Origin: a phage
Direction: 5' to 3' (one strand)
DNA length: 39,451 nucleotides
Sequence record: PZ445455.1
Part shown: in pieces, positions 1 through 8,738 of the stretch
Numbering within the stretch: the first letter of the stretch is position 1
How the letters are laid out: every line of letters begins with the position of its first letter
Position numbers and translations under genes: made by a program
The notes under the pieces: model-generated
What the model was told of the DNA's origin: nothing
The model's input: only the letters and a program-made list of their open reading frames with translations
The model's database searches: none

Positions 1-1761
1 GTGTCTACTCAAGCCAATCGTAATGCGCTCGTAGTGGCGCAACTGAAAGGAGACTTCGTGGCGTTCCTGTTCGTCTTATGGAAGGCGTTAAACCTTCCGG
101 TGCCCACTAAGTGTCAGATTGACATGGCTAAGGTGCTGGCGAATGGAGACAACAAGAAGTTCATCCTACAGGCTTTCCGTGGTATCGGTAAGTCGTTCAT
201 CACATGTGCGTTCGTTGTGTGGTCCTTATGGAGAGACCCTCAGTTGAAGATACTTATCGTATCAGCCTCTAAGGAACGTGCAGACGCTAACTCCATCTTT
301 ATTAAGAACATCATTGACCTGCTGCCGTTCCTCGCTGAGTTAAAGCCAAGACCCGGACAGCGTGACTCTGTAATCAGCTTTGACGTTGGCCCAGCTAAGC
401 CTGACCACTCTCCTAGTGTGAAATCAGTAGGTATCACTGGTCAGTTAACTGGTAGCCGTGCTGACATTATCATTGCGGATGACGTTGAGATTCCGTCTAA
501 CAGTGCGACTATGGGTGCCCGTGAGAAGCTATGGACTCTCGTTCAGGAGTTCGCTGCGTTACTTAAACCGCTGCCTTCCTCTCGTGTTATCTACCTTGGA
601 ACACCTCAGACCGAGATGACTCTCTATAAGGAACTTGAGGATAACCGTGGGTACACAACCATTATCTGGCCCGCTCTGTACCCAAGGACGCGCGAAGAGA
701 ACCTCTATTACTCACAACGTCTTGCTCCTATGTTACGCGCTGAGTACGATGAGAACCCTGAGGTACTCGCTGGGACTCCGACAGACCCTGTACGCTTTGA
801 CCGTGATGACCTGCGTGAGCGTGAGCTGGAATACGGTAAGGCTGGCTTTACGCTACAGTTCATGCTTAACCCGAACCTGAGTGATGTCGAGAAGTACCCT
901 CTGAGGCTCCGTGACGCTATCGTAGCGGCCTTAGACTTAGAGAAGGCACCGATGCATTACCAGTGGCTTCCGAACCGTCAGAACATCATTGAGGACCTTC
1001 CTAACGTTGGCCTTAAGGGTGATGACCTGCATACCTACCATGATTGCTCCAACAACTCAGGTCAGTACCAACAGAAGATTCTGGTCATTGACCCAAGTGG
1101 TCGCGGTAAGGACGAAACAGGTTACGCTGTGCTGTACACATTGAACGGTTACATCTACCTTATGGAAGCTGGAGGTTTCCGTGATGGTTACTCCGATAAG
1201 ACCCTTGAGTTGCTCGCTAAGAAAGCCAAGCAATGGGGAGTCCAGACGGTCGTCTACGAGAGTAACTTCGGTGACGGTATGTTTGGTAAGGTATTCAGTC
1301 CTATCCTTCTTAAACACCACAACTGTGCAATGGAAGAGATTCGTGCTCGTGGTATGAAGGAGATGCGTATTTGCGATACCCTTGAGCCAGTCATGCAGAC
1401 TCACCGCCTTATCATTCGTGATGAGGTCATTAGGGCCGACTACCAGTCCGCTCGTGATGTAGACGGTAAGCATGACGTTAAGTATTCACTGTTCTACCAG
1501 ATGACCCGTATCACTCGTGAGAAAGGTGCTCTGGCTCATGATGACCGATTGGATGCCCTTGCGTTAGGTATTGAGTATCTCCGTGAGTCCATGCAGTTGG
1601 ATTCCGTTAAGGTCGAAGGTGAAGTGCTTGCTGACTTCCTTGAGGAACACATGATGCGTCCTACAGTGTCTGCTACCAACATCATTGAGATGTCTGTAGG
1701 AGGAGTTGATGTGTACTCTGAGGACGATGAGGGTTACGGTACGTCTTTCATTGAGTGGTGA
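1..1761 (+). CDS. 19: Terminase large subunit (DNA maturase B, gp19)
   Basis: 586 aa ORF, GTG start, near-identical to T7 gp19 as recalled; RBS ggagg is at the window's 3' end (wrap-around). Confidence 0.95.
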   Translation: MSTQANRNALVVAQLKGDFVAFLFVLWKALNLPVPTKCQIDMAKVLANGDNKKFILQAFRGIGKSFITCAFVVWSLWRDPQLKILIVSASKERADANSIFIKNIIDLLPFLAELKPRPGQRDSVISFDVGPAKPDHSPSVKSVGITGQLTGSRADIIIADDVEIPSNSATMGAREKLWTLVQEFAALLKPLPSSRVIYLGTPQTEMTLYKELEDNRGYTTIIWPALYPRTREENLYYSQRLAPMLRAEYDENPEVLAGTPTDPVRFDRDDLRERELEYGKAGFTLQFMLNPNLSDVEKYPLRLRDAIVAALDLEKAPMHYQWLPNRQNIIEDLPNVGLKGDDLHTYHDCSNNSGQYQQKILVIDPSGRGKDETGYAVLYTLNGYIYLMEAGGFRDGYSDKTLELLAKKAKQWGVQTVVYESNFGDGMFGKVFSPILLKHHNCAMEEIRARGMKEMRICDTLEPVMQTHRLIIRDEVIRADYQSARDVDGKHDVKYSLFYQMTRITREKGALAHDDRLDALALGIEYLRESMQLDSVKVEGEVLADFLEEHMMRPTVSATNIIEMSVGGVDVYSEDDEGYGTSFIEW

Positions 1762-1854
1762 TTTATGCATTAGGACTGCATAGGGATTCATTATTGCCAA
1801 GGAAGGCACTTTTTGTACGATTCCTTTAGAATCAGTAAGTTAGACCCTCAAAAT

Positions 1855-1877
1855 TAATACGACTCACTATAGGGAGA
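1855..1877 (+). promoter_or_regulatory. Phage RNAP promoter phiOR (taatacgactcactatagggaga)
   Basis: Exact 23-bp T7 class III consensus, about 95 bp after gene 19. Confidence 0.9.
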
Positions 1878-2034
1878 GGAGGGACGAAAGGTTACTATAT
1901 AGATACTGAATGAATACTTATAGAGTGCATAAAGTATGCATAGTAGTGTACCTAAAGTGACCTCTAAGAATGGTGATTATATTGTATTAATATCACCTTA
2001 ACTTAAAGACCAACATAAAGGGAGGAGGAGACTC

Positions 2035-2184
2035 ATGTTCCGCTTATTGTTGAACCTACTGCGGCATAGAGTCACCTACCGATTTCTTATGGTACTTTGT
2101 GCTGCCCTTGGGTACGCATCTCTTACTGGAGACCTCAGTTCACTGGAGTCTACCGTTTGCTCTATACTCACTTGTAGCGATTAG
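2035..2184 (+). CDS. 19.5: gp19.5 small protein (49 aa)
   Basis: ATG with ggaggagg RBS; translation MFRLLLNLLRHRVTYRFLMVLCAALGYASLTGDLSSLESTVCSILTCSD matches T7 gene 19.5 from memory; too short for the supplied ORF track. Confidence 0.7.
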   Translation: MFRLLLNLLRHRVTYRFLMVLCAALGYASLTGDLSSLESTVCSILTCSD

Positions 2185-2424
2185 GGTCTTCCTGACCGAC
2201 TGATGGCTCACCGAGGGATTCAGCGGTATGATTGCATCACACCACTTCATCCCTATAGAGTCAAGTCCTAAGGTATACCCATAAAGAGCCTCTAATGGTC
2301 TATCCGTAAGGTCTATACCTAAAGATAGGCCATCCTATCGGTGTCACCTAAAGAGGGTCTCAGAGAGGGCCTGAGGAGTCCCTAGAGGGTCCTTTAAAAT
2401 ATACCATAAAAATCTGAGTGACTA

Positions 2425-2573
2425 TCTCACAGTGTACGGACCTAAAGTTCCCCCCCCATAGGGGCCCCTAAAGCCCAGCCAATCACCTTGAGCCAACCTT
2501 CGGTTGACCTTGATGGTCCCTAAGGGTTGGGGTTGGTCCCTTGGTGTTACCTTGAGTGTCTCTCTGTGTCCCT
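2425..2573. repeat. Terminal repeat (single collapsed copy; physical genome ends / concatemer junction)
   Basis: Begins tctcacagtgtacggacctaaag, the T7 left-end sequence as recalled; boundaries inferred by analogy to the T7 160-bp TR. Confidence 0.55.
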
Positions 2574-2579
2574 ATCTGT

Positions 2580-2752
2580 TACAGTCTCCTAAAGTATCCT
2601 CCTAAAGTCACCTCCTAAAGTCATTCCTACCGTCTACAGCCTAAAGACTACACTTAAAGACCCATTCAGTCAATCCCTATCTTAAAGATAATCCTAAAGA
2701 CCATCCTAAAGACCAGCCTAAAGACCATCATAAAGCCTATTCCTAAAGATGC
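2580..2752. repeat. Array of short CCTAAAG / TAAAG direct repeats adjacent to terminal repeat
   Basis: At least 12 spaced copies of cctaaag or related heptamers visible in sequence; corresponds to T7 left-end short repeats. Confidence 0.7.
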
Positions 2753-2794
2753 CTTGTTGTTATCTATAAAGAGATAATCTTCATCCATTGTCTT

Positions 2795-2817
2795 TAATAC
2801 GACTCACTATAGAGAGA
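2795..2817 (+). promoter_or_regulatory. Phage RNAP promoter phiOL (variant +1 region tatagagaga)
   Basis: taatacgactcactatagagaga; matches consensus at -17 to +1. Confidence 0.75.
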
Positions 2818-2873
2818 GACTACTTAAAGAGGCCTTAAAGATGGATTAATTTAAAGATTTATTAAAAAGAGTA

Positions 2874-2910
2874 TTGACTTAAAGTCTAACCTATAGGATA
2901 CTTACAGCCA
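2874..2910 (+). promoter_or_regulatory. Host sigma70 early promoter A1
   Basis: -35 ttgact and -10 gatact with 17-bp spacing; matches T7 A1 as recalled. Confidence 0.8.
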
Positions 2911-2999
2911 TCGAGAGGGACACGGCGAATAACCATCCAATCGATACCGGGGTCAACCGGATAAGTAGACAGCCTGATAAGTCGTATGAAAAACAGGTA

Positions 3000-3037
3000 T
3001 TGACAACATGAAGTAACAAGTAGTAAGATATACAGCG
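3000..3037 (+). promoter_or_regulatory. Host sigma70 early promoter A2
   Basis: -35 ttgaca, -10 taagat; aaaacaggtattgacaacatgaagtaaca as in T7 A2. Confidence 0.75.
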
Positions 3038-3105
3038 TCAACCACTGACACGGTGTCTTCTAGGTGACTTAAGCGCACCACGGCACATAAAGTGAAACAA
3101 AACGG

Positions 3106-3142
3106 TTGACAACATGAAGTAAACACGGTACGATGTACCACA
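3106..3142 (+). promoter_or_regulatory. Host sigma70 early promoter A3
   Basis: -35 ttgaca, -10 tacgat; aaacggttgacaacatgaagtaaacacggtacgatgtacca as in T7 A3. Confidence 0.8.
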
Positions 3143-3255
3143 CGAAATGACTGAACAGTGAGTCACCACACTGAAAGGTGATGCGGTCTAACGAAACCTG
3201 ACCAAAGACGCTCTTTAACAATCTGGTAAATAGCTCTTGAGTGCATGACTAGCGG

Positions 3256-3293
3256 ATAACTCAAGGGTATCGCAAGGTGCCCTTTATGATATT
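3256..3293 (+). promoter_or_regulatory. RNase III processing hairpin R0.3
   Basis: ctcaagg...ccctttatgat hairpin motif shared with the other R sites. Confidence 0.5.
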
Positions 3294-3323
3294 CACTAAC
3301 AACCACACATGAGGTAACACAAG

Positions 3324-3686
3324 ATGGCTATGTCTAACATGACTTATCACAACGTTTTCGATCACGCTTACGAAATGCTGAAAGAAAATATCCGTTATGA
3401 TGACATCCGTGACGCTGATGACCTGCACGACGCAGTGCACATGGCAGCCGATAACGCCGTTCCGCACTATTACAGTGACATTTTCAGTGTAATGGCAAGC
3501 GAGGGCATTGACCTTGAGTTCGAGGATTCTGGTCTGATGCCGGACACCAAGGACGTAATTCGCATCCTGCAAGCTCGCATCTATGAGCAACTCACAATCG
3601 ACCTCTGGGAAGATGCAGAAGACTTACTGAACGAGTATCTTGAGGAAGTCGAGGAAGATGAAGACTACGAAGAGGATGAAGAGTAA
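3324..3686 (+). CDS. ocr: Ocr (gp0.3) DNA-mimic anti-restriction protein
   Basis: 120 aa, highly acidic, near-identical to T7 Ocr; C-terminal acidic tail 3 aa longer. Confidence 0.95.
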   Translation: MAMSNMTYHNVFDHAYEMLKENIRYDDIRDADDLHDAVHMAADNAVPHYYSDIFSVMASEGIDLEFEDSGLMPDTKDVIRILQARIYEQLTIDLWEDAEDLLNEYLEEVEEDEDYEEDEE

Positions 3687-3841
3687 TGGCTAACAACACC
3701 ACGCAATACGGTCTGACCGCTCAAACTGTACTGTTTTATAGTGACATGGTGCGCTGTGGCTTTAACTGGTCGCTCGCAATGGCACACCTTAAGGAACTGT
3801 ACGAGAACAACAAGGCAATAGCTTTGGAATCTGCTGAGTGA
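3686..3841 (+). CDS. 0.4: gp0.4 (51 aa; cell-division inhibitor in T7)
   Basis: ATG overlaps ocr stop (TAATG); translation [51 protein letters not shown] matches T7 gp0.4. Confidence 0.8.
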   Translation: MANNTTQYGLTAQTVLFYSDMVRCGFNWSLAMAHLKELYENNKAIALESAE

Positions 3842-3844
3842 TAG

Positions 3845-3880
3845 ACTCAAGGTCGCTCAATACGAGTGGCCTTTATGATT
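3845..3880 (+). promoter_or_regulatory. RNase III processing hairpin R0.5
   Basis: gactcaaggtcgctcaatacgagtggcctttatgatt. Confidence 0.6.
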
Positions 3881-3903
3881 ATCATTCTATGAGGGTTAAA
3901 CGC

Positions 3904-4074
3904 ATGACGACTGAAATCTTTATGGCAACCGTTGCAGTATTCGTAGCGATGGGATGGCGTAGCACCGCGTTGGAGCGCTCAAAGTTCCTTAAGCAACGTG
4001 ATGCACTACTCGAGAAGTTGGACGCTGAGGGGCGCGGTATGGAAGCTCTGGAGGCAATAAAGCACTATCGCTAA
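3904..4074 (+). CDS. Small hypothetical membrane-anchored protein occupying the gene 0.5 slot (56 aa); not the T7 gp0.5 sequence
   Basis: RBS gaggg 8 nt upstream; MTTEIFMATVAVFVAMGWRSTALERSKFLKQRDALLEKLDAEGRGMEALEAIKHYR; hydrophobic N-terminus then charged helix; in-frame upstream ATGs at 3838/3889 lack an RBS. Confidence 0.6.
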   Translation: MTTEIFMATVAVFVAMGWRSTALERSKFLKQRDALLEKLDAEGRGMEALEAIKHYR

Positions 4075-4114
4075 TTATCATCACCATCGGAATCATCAAA
4101 GGGGCACTACGCAA
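4075..4114 (+). pseudogene. Remnant of the 3' end of ancestral gene 0.5
   Basis: atcatcaccatcggaatcatcaaaggggcactacgcaaatga matches the end of T7 gene 0.5 (encoding ...IIGIIKGALRK*) but has no start codon. Confidence 0.5.
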
Positions 4115-4252
4115 ATGATGAAGCACTACGTTATGCCAATCCACACGTCCAACGGGGCAACCGTATGTACACCTGACGGGTTCGCAATGAAACAACGAAT
4201 CGAACGCCTTAAGCGTGAACTACGCATCAACCGCAAGATTAACAAAATCTAA
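4115..4252 (+). CDS. 0.6: gp0.6 (45 aa, C-terminally shorter than T7 0.6A)
   Basis: MMKHYVMPIHTSNGATVCTPDGFAMKQRIERLKRELRINRKINKI; matches T7 gp0.6 N-terminal 45 residues. Confidence 0.75.
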   Translation: MMKHYVMPIHTSNGATVCTPDGFAMKQRIERLKRELRINRKINKI

Positions 4253-4282
4253 TCACATTTAATTACTTGGAGAATACATAAA

Positions 4283-5362
4283 GTGAACATCACCGACATC
4301 ATGAACGCTATCGACGCAATCAAAGCACTGCCAATCTGTGAACTTGACAAACGTCAAGGTATGCTTATCGACTTGCTGGTAGAGATGGTCAATAGCGAGA
4401 CATGTGATGGAGAGATTACCGAACTGAATCATGCACTTGAGTATCAAGACTGGTGGACTACCTTGAAGTGTCTCACGACTGACGCAGGTTTCAAGATGCT
4501 CGGCAATGGTCACTTCTCGGCTGCTTATAGTCACCCGCTGCTGCCCAACAGAGTGATTAAGGTGGGCTTTAAGAAAGAGGACTCAGGCGCTGCGTATACC
4601 GCATTCTGCCGCATGTATCAGGGCCGTGCAGGTATCCCTAACGTCTATGATGTACAGCGCCACGCTGGATGTTATACGGTGGTACTCGATGCACTGAATG
4701 ATTGCGAGCGTTTCAACAACGATGAACATTATAAATACGCTGAGATTGCAAGTGACATCATTGACTGCAAATCAGATGCGCACGATGGGTTAACTGGATT
4801 GGATGGCGAGTTCGTCGAGACTTGCAAGTTAATCCGCAAGTTCTTTGAGGGCATCGCTTCGTTCGACATGCACAGCGGGAACATCATGTTCGACGATAAT
4901 GATGTACCATACATTACCGACCCGGTATCATTCTCACAGAAGAAAGACGGTGGCTCGTTCAGCATTGACCCTGAGGAACTCATCAAGGAAGTAGAGGAAG
5001 TAGCACGCCAGAAGGAAATTGACCGCGCTAAGGAACGCAAAGCACGCCATGTGGGGCGCTTAGAGGCACGCAGAATGAAACGCCGTAACCGTAAGGCACG
5101 TAAAGCACACCAAGCGAAGCACGAAAGAATGATTGCTCGGGGGAGTTGGGTTGAACGTCAAGCACGACGTAACCATGAGATAGCTGTAGACGTACTAGGA
5201 AGGACCAATAACGCTATGCTCTGGGTCAATATGTTAGCTACGGACTTTAAGGCACTTGAAGAACGAATCGCGATGAAATGGCGCAACGCTGACCGGATGG
5301 CTATCGCTAACGGTCTTCCGCTCAACATCGATAAGCAACTTTACGCAATGCTAATGGGCTGA
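4283..5362 (+). CDS. 0.7: gp0.7 Ser/Thr protein kinase / host transcription shut-off
   Basis: 359 aa, GTG start with ggag RBS; near-identical to T7 gp0.7. Confidence 0.93.
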   Translation: MNITDIMNAIDAIKALPICELDKRQGMLIDLLVEMVNSETCDGEITELNHALEYQDWWTTLKCLTTDAGFKMLGNGHFSAAYSHPLLPNRVIKVGFKKEDSGAAYTAFCRMYQGRAGIPNVYDVQRHAGCYTVVLDALNDCERFNNDEHYKYAEIASDIIDCKSDAHDGLTGLDGEFVETCKLIRKFFEGIASFDMHSGNIMFDDNDVPYITDPVSFSQKKDGGSFSIDPEELIKEVEEVARQKEIDRAKERKARHVGRLEARRMKRRNRKARKAHQAKHERMIARGSWVERQARRNHEIAVDVLGRTNNAMLWVNMLATDFKALEERIAMKWRNADRMAIANGLPLNIDKQLYAMLMG

Positions 5363-5432
5363 TAGTCTTATCTTACAGGTCATCTGCGGGTGGCCTGAAT
5401 AGATACGATTTACTAACCGAAAGAGGCACTAA

Positions 5433-8084
5433 ATGAACACGATTAACATCGCTAAGAACGACTTCTCTGACATCGAACTGGCTGCTATCCCGTTCAATAC
5501 TCTGGCTGACCACTATGGTGAGCGTTTAGCTCGCGAACAGTTGGCCCTTGAGCATGAGTCTTACGAAATGGGTGAAGCACGCTTCCGCAAGATGTTTGAG
5601 CGTCAACTTAAAGCTGGTGAGGTTGCGGATAACGCTGCCGCTAAGCCTCTCATTACTACACTACTCCCTAAGATGATTGCACGCATTAACGATTGGTTTG
5701 AGGAAGTGAAAGCTAAGCGCGGCAAACGCCCGACAGCCTTCCAGTTCCTGCAAGAAATCAAGCCGGAAGCTGTAGCGTACATCACCATTAAGACCACTCT
5801 GGCTTGCCTCACTAGCGTAGACAATACAACCGTTCAGGCTGTAGCGAGTGCAATCGGTCGAGCCATTGAGGATGAGGCGCGCTTCGGTCGTATCCGTGAC
5901 CTTGAAGCGAAGCACTTCAAGAAAAACGTTGAGGAACAGCTCAACAAGCGCGTGGGGCACGTCTACAAGAAAGCATTCATGCAAGTTGTCGAGGCTGACA
6001 TGCTCTCTAAGGGTCTACTAGGTGGCGAGGCGTGGTCTTCGTGGCACAAAGAGGACTCCATTCACGTTGGGGTGCGCTGCATTGAGATGCTCATTGAGTC
6101 AACTGGAATGGTTAGCTTACACCGCCAAAACGCTGGCGTAGTCGGTCAGGACTCTGAGACTATCGAACTCGCACCGGAATACGCTGAGGCTATCGCAACC
6201 CGTGCGGGTGCACTTGCTGGTATCTCTCCGATGTTCCAACCTTGCGTAGTTCCTCCTAAGCCGTGGACTGGCATTACAGGTGGTGGCTATTGGGCTAACG
6301 GTCGTCGTCCTCTGGCGCTGGTGCGTACCCACAGCAAGAAAGCACTGATGCGCTACGAAGATGTTTACATGCCTGAGGTATACAAGGCGATTAACATTGC
6401 ACAAAACACCGCATGGAAAATCAACAAGAAAGTCCTAGCGGTCGCCAACGTGATAACCAAATGGAAGCACTGCCCTGTAGAGGATATACCAGCGATTGAA
6501 CGTGAAGAACTCCCGATGAAACCGGAAGACATCGACACGAATCCGGAGGCTCTCACCGCGTGGAAACGTGCCGCTGCCGCTGTGTACCGTAAGGACAAGG
6601 CTCGAAAGTCTCGCCGTATCAGTCTTGAGTTCATGCTTGAGCAAGCCAACAAGTTCGCTAACCATAAGGCCATCTGGTTCCCTTACAACATGGACTGGCG
6701 CGGTCGCGTTTACGCTGTGTCAATGTTCAACCCGCAAGGTAACGATATGACCAAGGGCCTGCTGACGCTGGCGAAAGGTAAACCAATCGGTAAGGAAGGT
6801 TACTACTGGCTGAAAATCCACGGTGCAAACTGTGCTGGTGTCGATAAGGTTCCGTTCCCTGAGCGCATCAAGTTCATTGAGGAAAACCACGAGAACATCC
6901 TAGCGTGCGCTAAGTCTCCACTGGAGAACACTTGGTGGGCTGAGCAAGATTCTCCGTTCTGCTTCCTTGCGTTCTGCTTTGAGTACGCTGGGGTACAGCA
7001 CCACGGCTTAAGCTACAACTGCTCTCTTCCGCTTGCGTTCGATGGGTCTTGCTCTGGCATTCAGCACTTCTCCGCGATGCTCCGTGATGAGGTAGGTGGT
7101 CGTGCGGTTAACTTGCTGCCTAGTGAAACCGTTCAGGACATCTACGGGATTGTCGCTAAGAAAGTCAACGAGATTCTACAAGCAGATGCAATCAACGGGA
7201 CCGACAACGAAGTGGTTACCGTGACCGATGAGAACACTGGCGAAATCTCTGAGAAAGTCAAGCTGGGCACCAAGGCGCTGGCTGGTCAATGGCTTGCTTA
7301 CGGTGTTACTCGCAGCGTGACTAAGCGTTCAGTCATGACGCTGGCTTACGGGTCCAAAGAGTTCGGCTTTCGTCAACAAGTGCTGGAAGATACCATTCAG
7401 CCAGCTATCGATTCCGGCAAGGGTCTGATGTTCACTCAACCGAATCAGGCTGCTGGATACATGGCTAAACTGATTTGGGAAGCTGTGAGCGTGACGGTGG
7501 TAGCCGCTGTGGAGGCAATGAACTGGCTTAAGTCTGCCGCTAAGCTGCTGGCTGCTGAGGTCAAAGATAGGAAGACTGGAGAGATTCTGCGCAAGCGTTG
7601 CGCTGTACATTGGGTGACTCCTGATTCCTTCCCAGTTTGGCAAGAATACAAGAAGCCAATTCAGACTCGCTTGAACCTGATGTTCCTCGGTCAGTTCCGC
7701 TTACAGCCGACCATTAACACCAACAAAGATAGCGAGATTGACGCACACAAGCAGGAGTCCGGTATAGCACCCAATTATATACACAGTATGGACGCAAACC
7801 ACCTGCGACAAACCGTGGTGTGGGCTCATGAGAAGTATGGCATCGAGTCCTTCGCACTGATTCACGACTCCTTTGGGACAATTCCTGCTGATGCTGCCAA
7901 CCTGTTCAAAGCTGTGCGCGAAACTATGGTTGACACCTATGAGTCCTGTGATGTACTGGCTGACTTCTATGACCAGTTCGCTGACCAGTTGCATGAGTCT
8001 CAATTGGATAAAATGCCAGAACTTCCTGCTAAAGGTAACTTGAACCTCCAAGACATCCTTAAGTCAGACTTCGCGTTTGCGTAA
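5433..8084 (+). CDS. 1: Single-subunit DNA-dependent RNA polymerase (gp1)
   Basis: 883 aa, near-identical to T7 RNAP including specificity loop; matches T7-type promoters in the genome. Confidence 0.98.
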   Translation: MNTINIAKNDFSDIELAAIPFNTLADHYGERLAREQLALEHESYEMGEARFRKMFERQLKAGEVADNAAAKPLITTLLPKMIARINDWFEEVKAKRGKRPTAFQFLQEIKPEAVAYITIKTTLACLTSVDNTTVQAVASAIGRAIEDEARFGRIRDLEAKHFKKNVEEQLNKRVGHVYKKAFMQVVEADMLSKGLLGGEAWSSWHKEDSIHVGVRCIEMLIESTGMVSLHRQNAGVVGQDSETIELAPEYAEAIATRAGALAGISPMFQPCVVPPKPWTGITGGGYWANGRRPLALVRTHSKKALMRYEDVYMPEVYKAINIAQNTAWKINKKVLAVANVITKWKHCPVEDIPAIEREELPMKPEDIDTNPEALTAWKRAAAAVYRKDKARKSRRISLEFMLEQANKFANHKAIWFPYNMDWRGRVYAVSMFNPQGNDMTKGLLTLAKGKPIGKEGYYWLKIHGANCAGVDKVPFPERIKFIEENHENILACAKSPLENTWWAEQDSPFCFLAFCFEYAGVQHHGLSYNCSLPLAFDGSCSGIQHFSAMLRDEVGGRAVNLLPSETVQDIYGIVAKKVNEILQADAINGTDNEVVTVTDENTGEISEKVKLGTKALAGQWLAYGVTRSVTKRSVMTLAYGSKEFGFRQQVLEDTIQPAIDSGKGLMFTQPNQAAGYMAKLIWEAVSVTVVAAVEAMNWLKSAAKLLAAEVKDRKTGEILRKRCAVHWVTPDSFPVWQEYKKPIQTRLNLMFLGQFRLQPTINTNKDSEIDAHKQESGIAPNYIHSMDANHLRQTVVWAHEKYGIESFALIHDSFGTIPADAANLFKAVRETMVDTYESCDVLADFYDQFADQLHESQLDKMPELPAKGNLNLQDILKSDFAFA

Positions 8085-8092
8085 CGTCAAAT

Positions 8093-8115
8093 TAATACGA
8101 CTCACTATATAGGGA
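8093..8115 (+). promoter_or_regulatory. Phage promoter phi1.1A
   Basis: taatacgactcactatatagggac. Confidence 0.8.
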
Positions 8116-8116
8116 C

Positions 8117-8152
8117 AAACTCAAGGTCACTTAATGAGTGGCCTTTATGATT
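8117..8152 (+). promoter_or_regulatory. RNase III hairpin R1.1
   Basis: aaactcaaggtcacttaatgagtggcctttatgatt. Confidence 0.6.
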
Positions 8153-8166
8153 GACCTTCTTCCGGT

Positions 8167-8189
8167 TAATACGACTCACTATAGGGGAA
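8167..8189 (+). promoter_or_regulatory. Phage promoter phi1.1B
   Basis: taatacgactcactataggggaa. Confidence 0.8.
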
Positions 8190-8265
8190 CCTTAAGGTTT
8201 AACTTTAAGACCCTTAAGTGTTAATTAAAGATTTAAATTAAAGAATTACTAAGAGAGAGGACTTT
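8190..8265. promoter_or_regulatory. AT-rich region of the primary replication origin (downstream of phi1.1A/phi1.1B)
   Basis: Very AT-rich tract ttaactttaagacccttaagtgttaattaaagatttaaattaaagaattac; position analogous to the T7 primary origin. Confidence 0.5.
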
Positions 8266-8269
8266 AAGT

Positions 8270-8398
8270 ATGCGTAACTTCGAAAAGATGACCAAACGTT
8301 CTAACCGTAACGCTCATGACTTCGAGGCAACTAAAGGTCGCAAGTTGAATAAGACTAAGCGTGACCGTTCCCATAAGCGTAGCTGGGAGGGTCAATAA
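8270..8398 (+). CDS. 1.1: gp1.1 (42 aa basic protein)
   Basis: MRNFEKMTKRSNRNAHDFEATKGRKLNKTKRDRSHKRSWEGQ; matches T7 gp1.1. Confidence 0.8.
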   Translation: MRNFEKMTKRSNRNAHDFEATKGRKLNKTKRDRSHKRSWEGQ

Positions 8399-8399
8399 G

Positions 8400-8657
8400 A
8401 TGGGACGTTTATACAGTGGGAACCTGAATGACTTCAAGGCTGCTTGCAACAGGCTCTACCAGTTAGACTTTGCTGTTATTTGTGATGAATGGTACGATGC
8501 TTACAAACGCCTTGCGTGTATGCGTCTACGTGTAGAGGACAGGGCTGGAAATCTTATTGATACCAATACGTTCTGTCACCACGATGAAGACGTCTTGTAC
8601 AATACGTGTACTGATTGGCTGAACCGGATGCACGACCAGTTGAAGGACTGGAAGTAA
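8400..8657 (+). CDS. 1.2: gp1.2 inhibitor of host dGTP triphosphohydrolase
   Basis: 85 aa starting MGRLYSGNL; matches T7 gp1.2; start chosen at internal ATG of the track ORF 8361..8657. Confidence 0.85.
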   Translation: MGRLYSGNLNDFKAACNRLYQLDFAVICDEWYDAYKRLACMRLRVEDRAGNLIDTNTFCHHDEDVLYNTCTDWLNRMHDQLKDWK

Positions 8658-8677
8658 TACGACTCAGTATAGGGACA
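8655..8677 (+). promoter_or_regulatory. Phage promoter phi1.3 (cagtata variant)
   Basis: taatacgactcagtatagggaca; TAA of gene 1.2 stop is part of the promoter. Confidence 0.85.
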
Positions 8678-8679
8678 AT

Positions 8680-8713
8680 GCTTAAGGTCGCTCTCTGAGT
8701 GGCCTTAGTCATT
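8680..8713 (+). promoter_or_regulatory. RNase III hairpin R1.3
   Basis: gcttaaggtcgctctctgagtggccttagtcatt. Confidence 0.6.
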
Positions 8714-8738
8714 CAACCAAAACATGGAGATAAACATT

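Noticed and set aside
2580-2752. Possible CRISPR array suggested by regularly repeated cctaaag motifs
   Set aside because: Repeat units are only about 7 bp with irregular short spacers, unlike CRISPR repeats (about 28-37 bp); position and sequence match the short repeats next to the T7 terminal repeat.
3324-3686. Ocr C-terminal acidic tail 3 aa longer than T7 as a functional novelty
   Set aside because: Small length variation in a low-complexity acidic tail; unlikely to be significant without further evidence.
3838-4074. Longer 78-aa version of the 0.5-slot ORF starting at ATG 3838
   Set aside because: The upstream ATGs lie within the R0.5 hairpin and lack an RBS; the ATG at 3904 has a gaggg RBS at optimal spacing.
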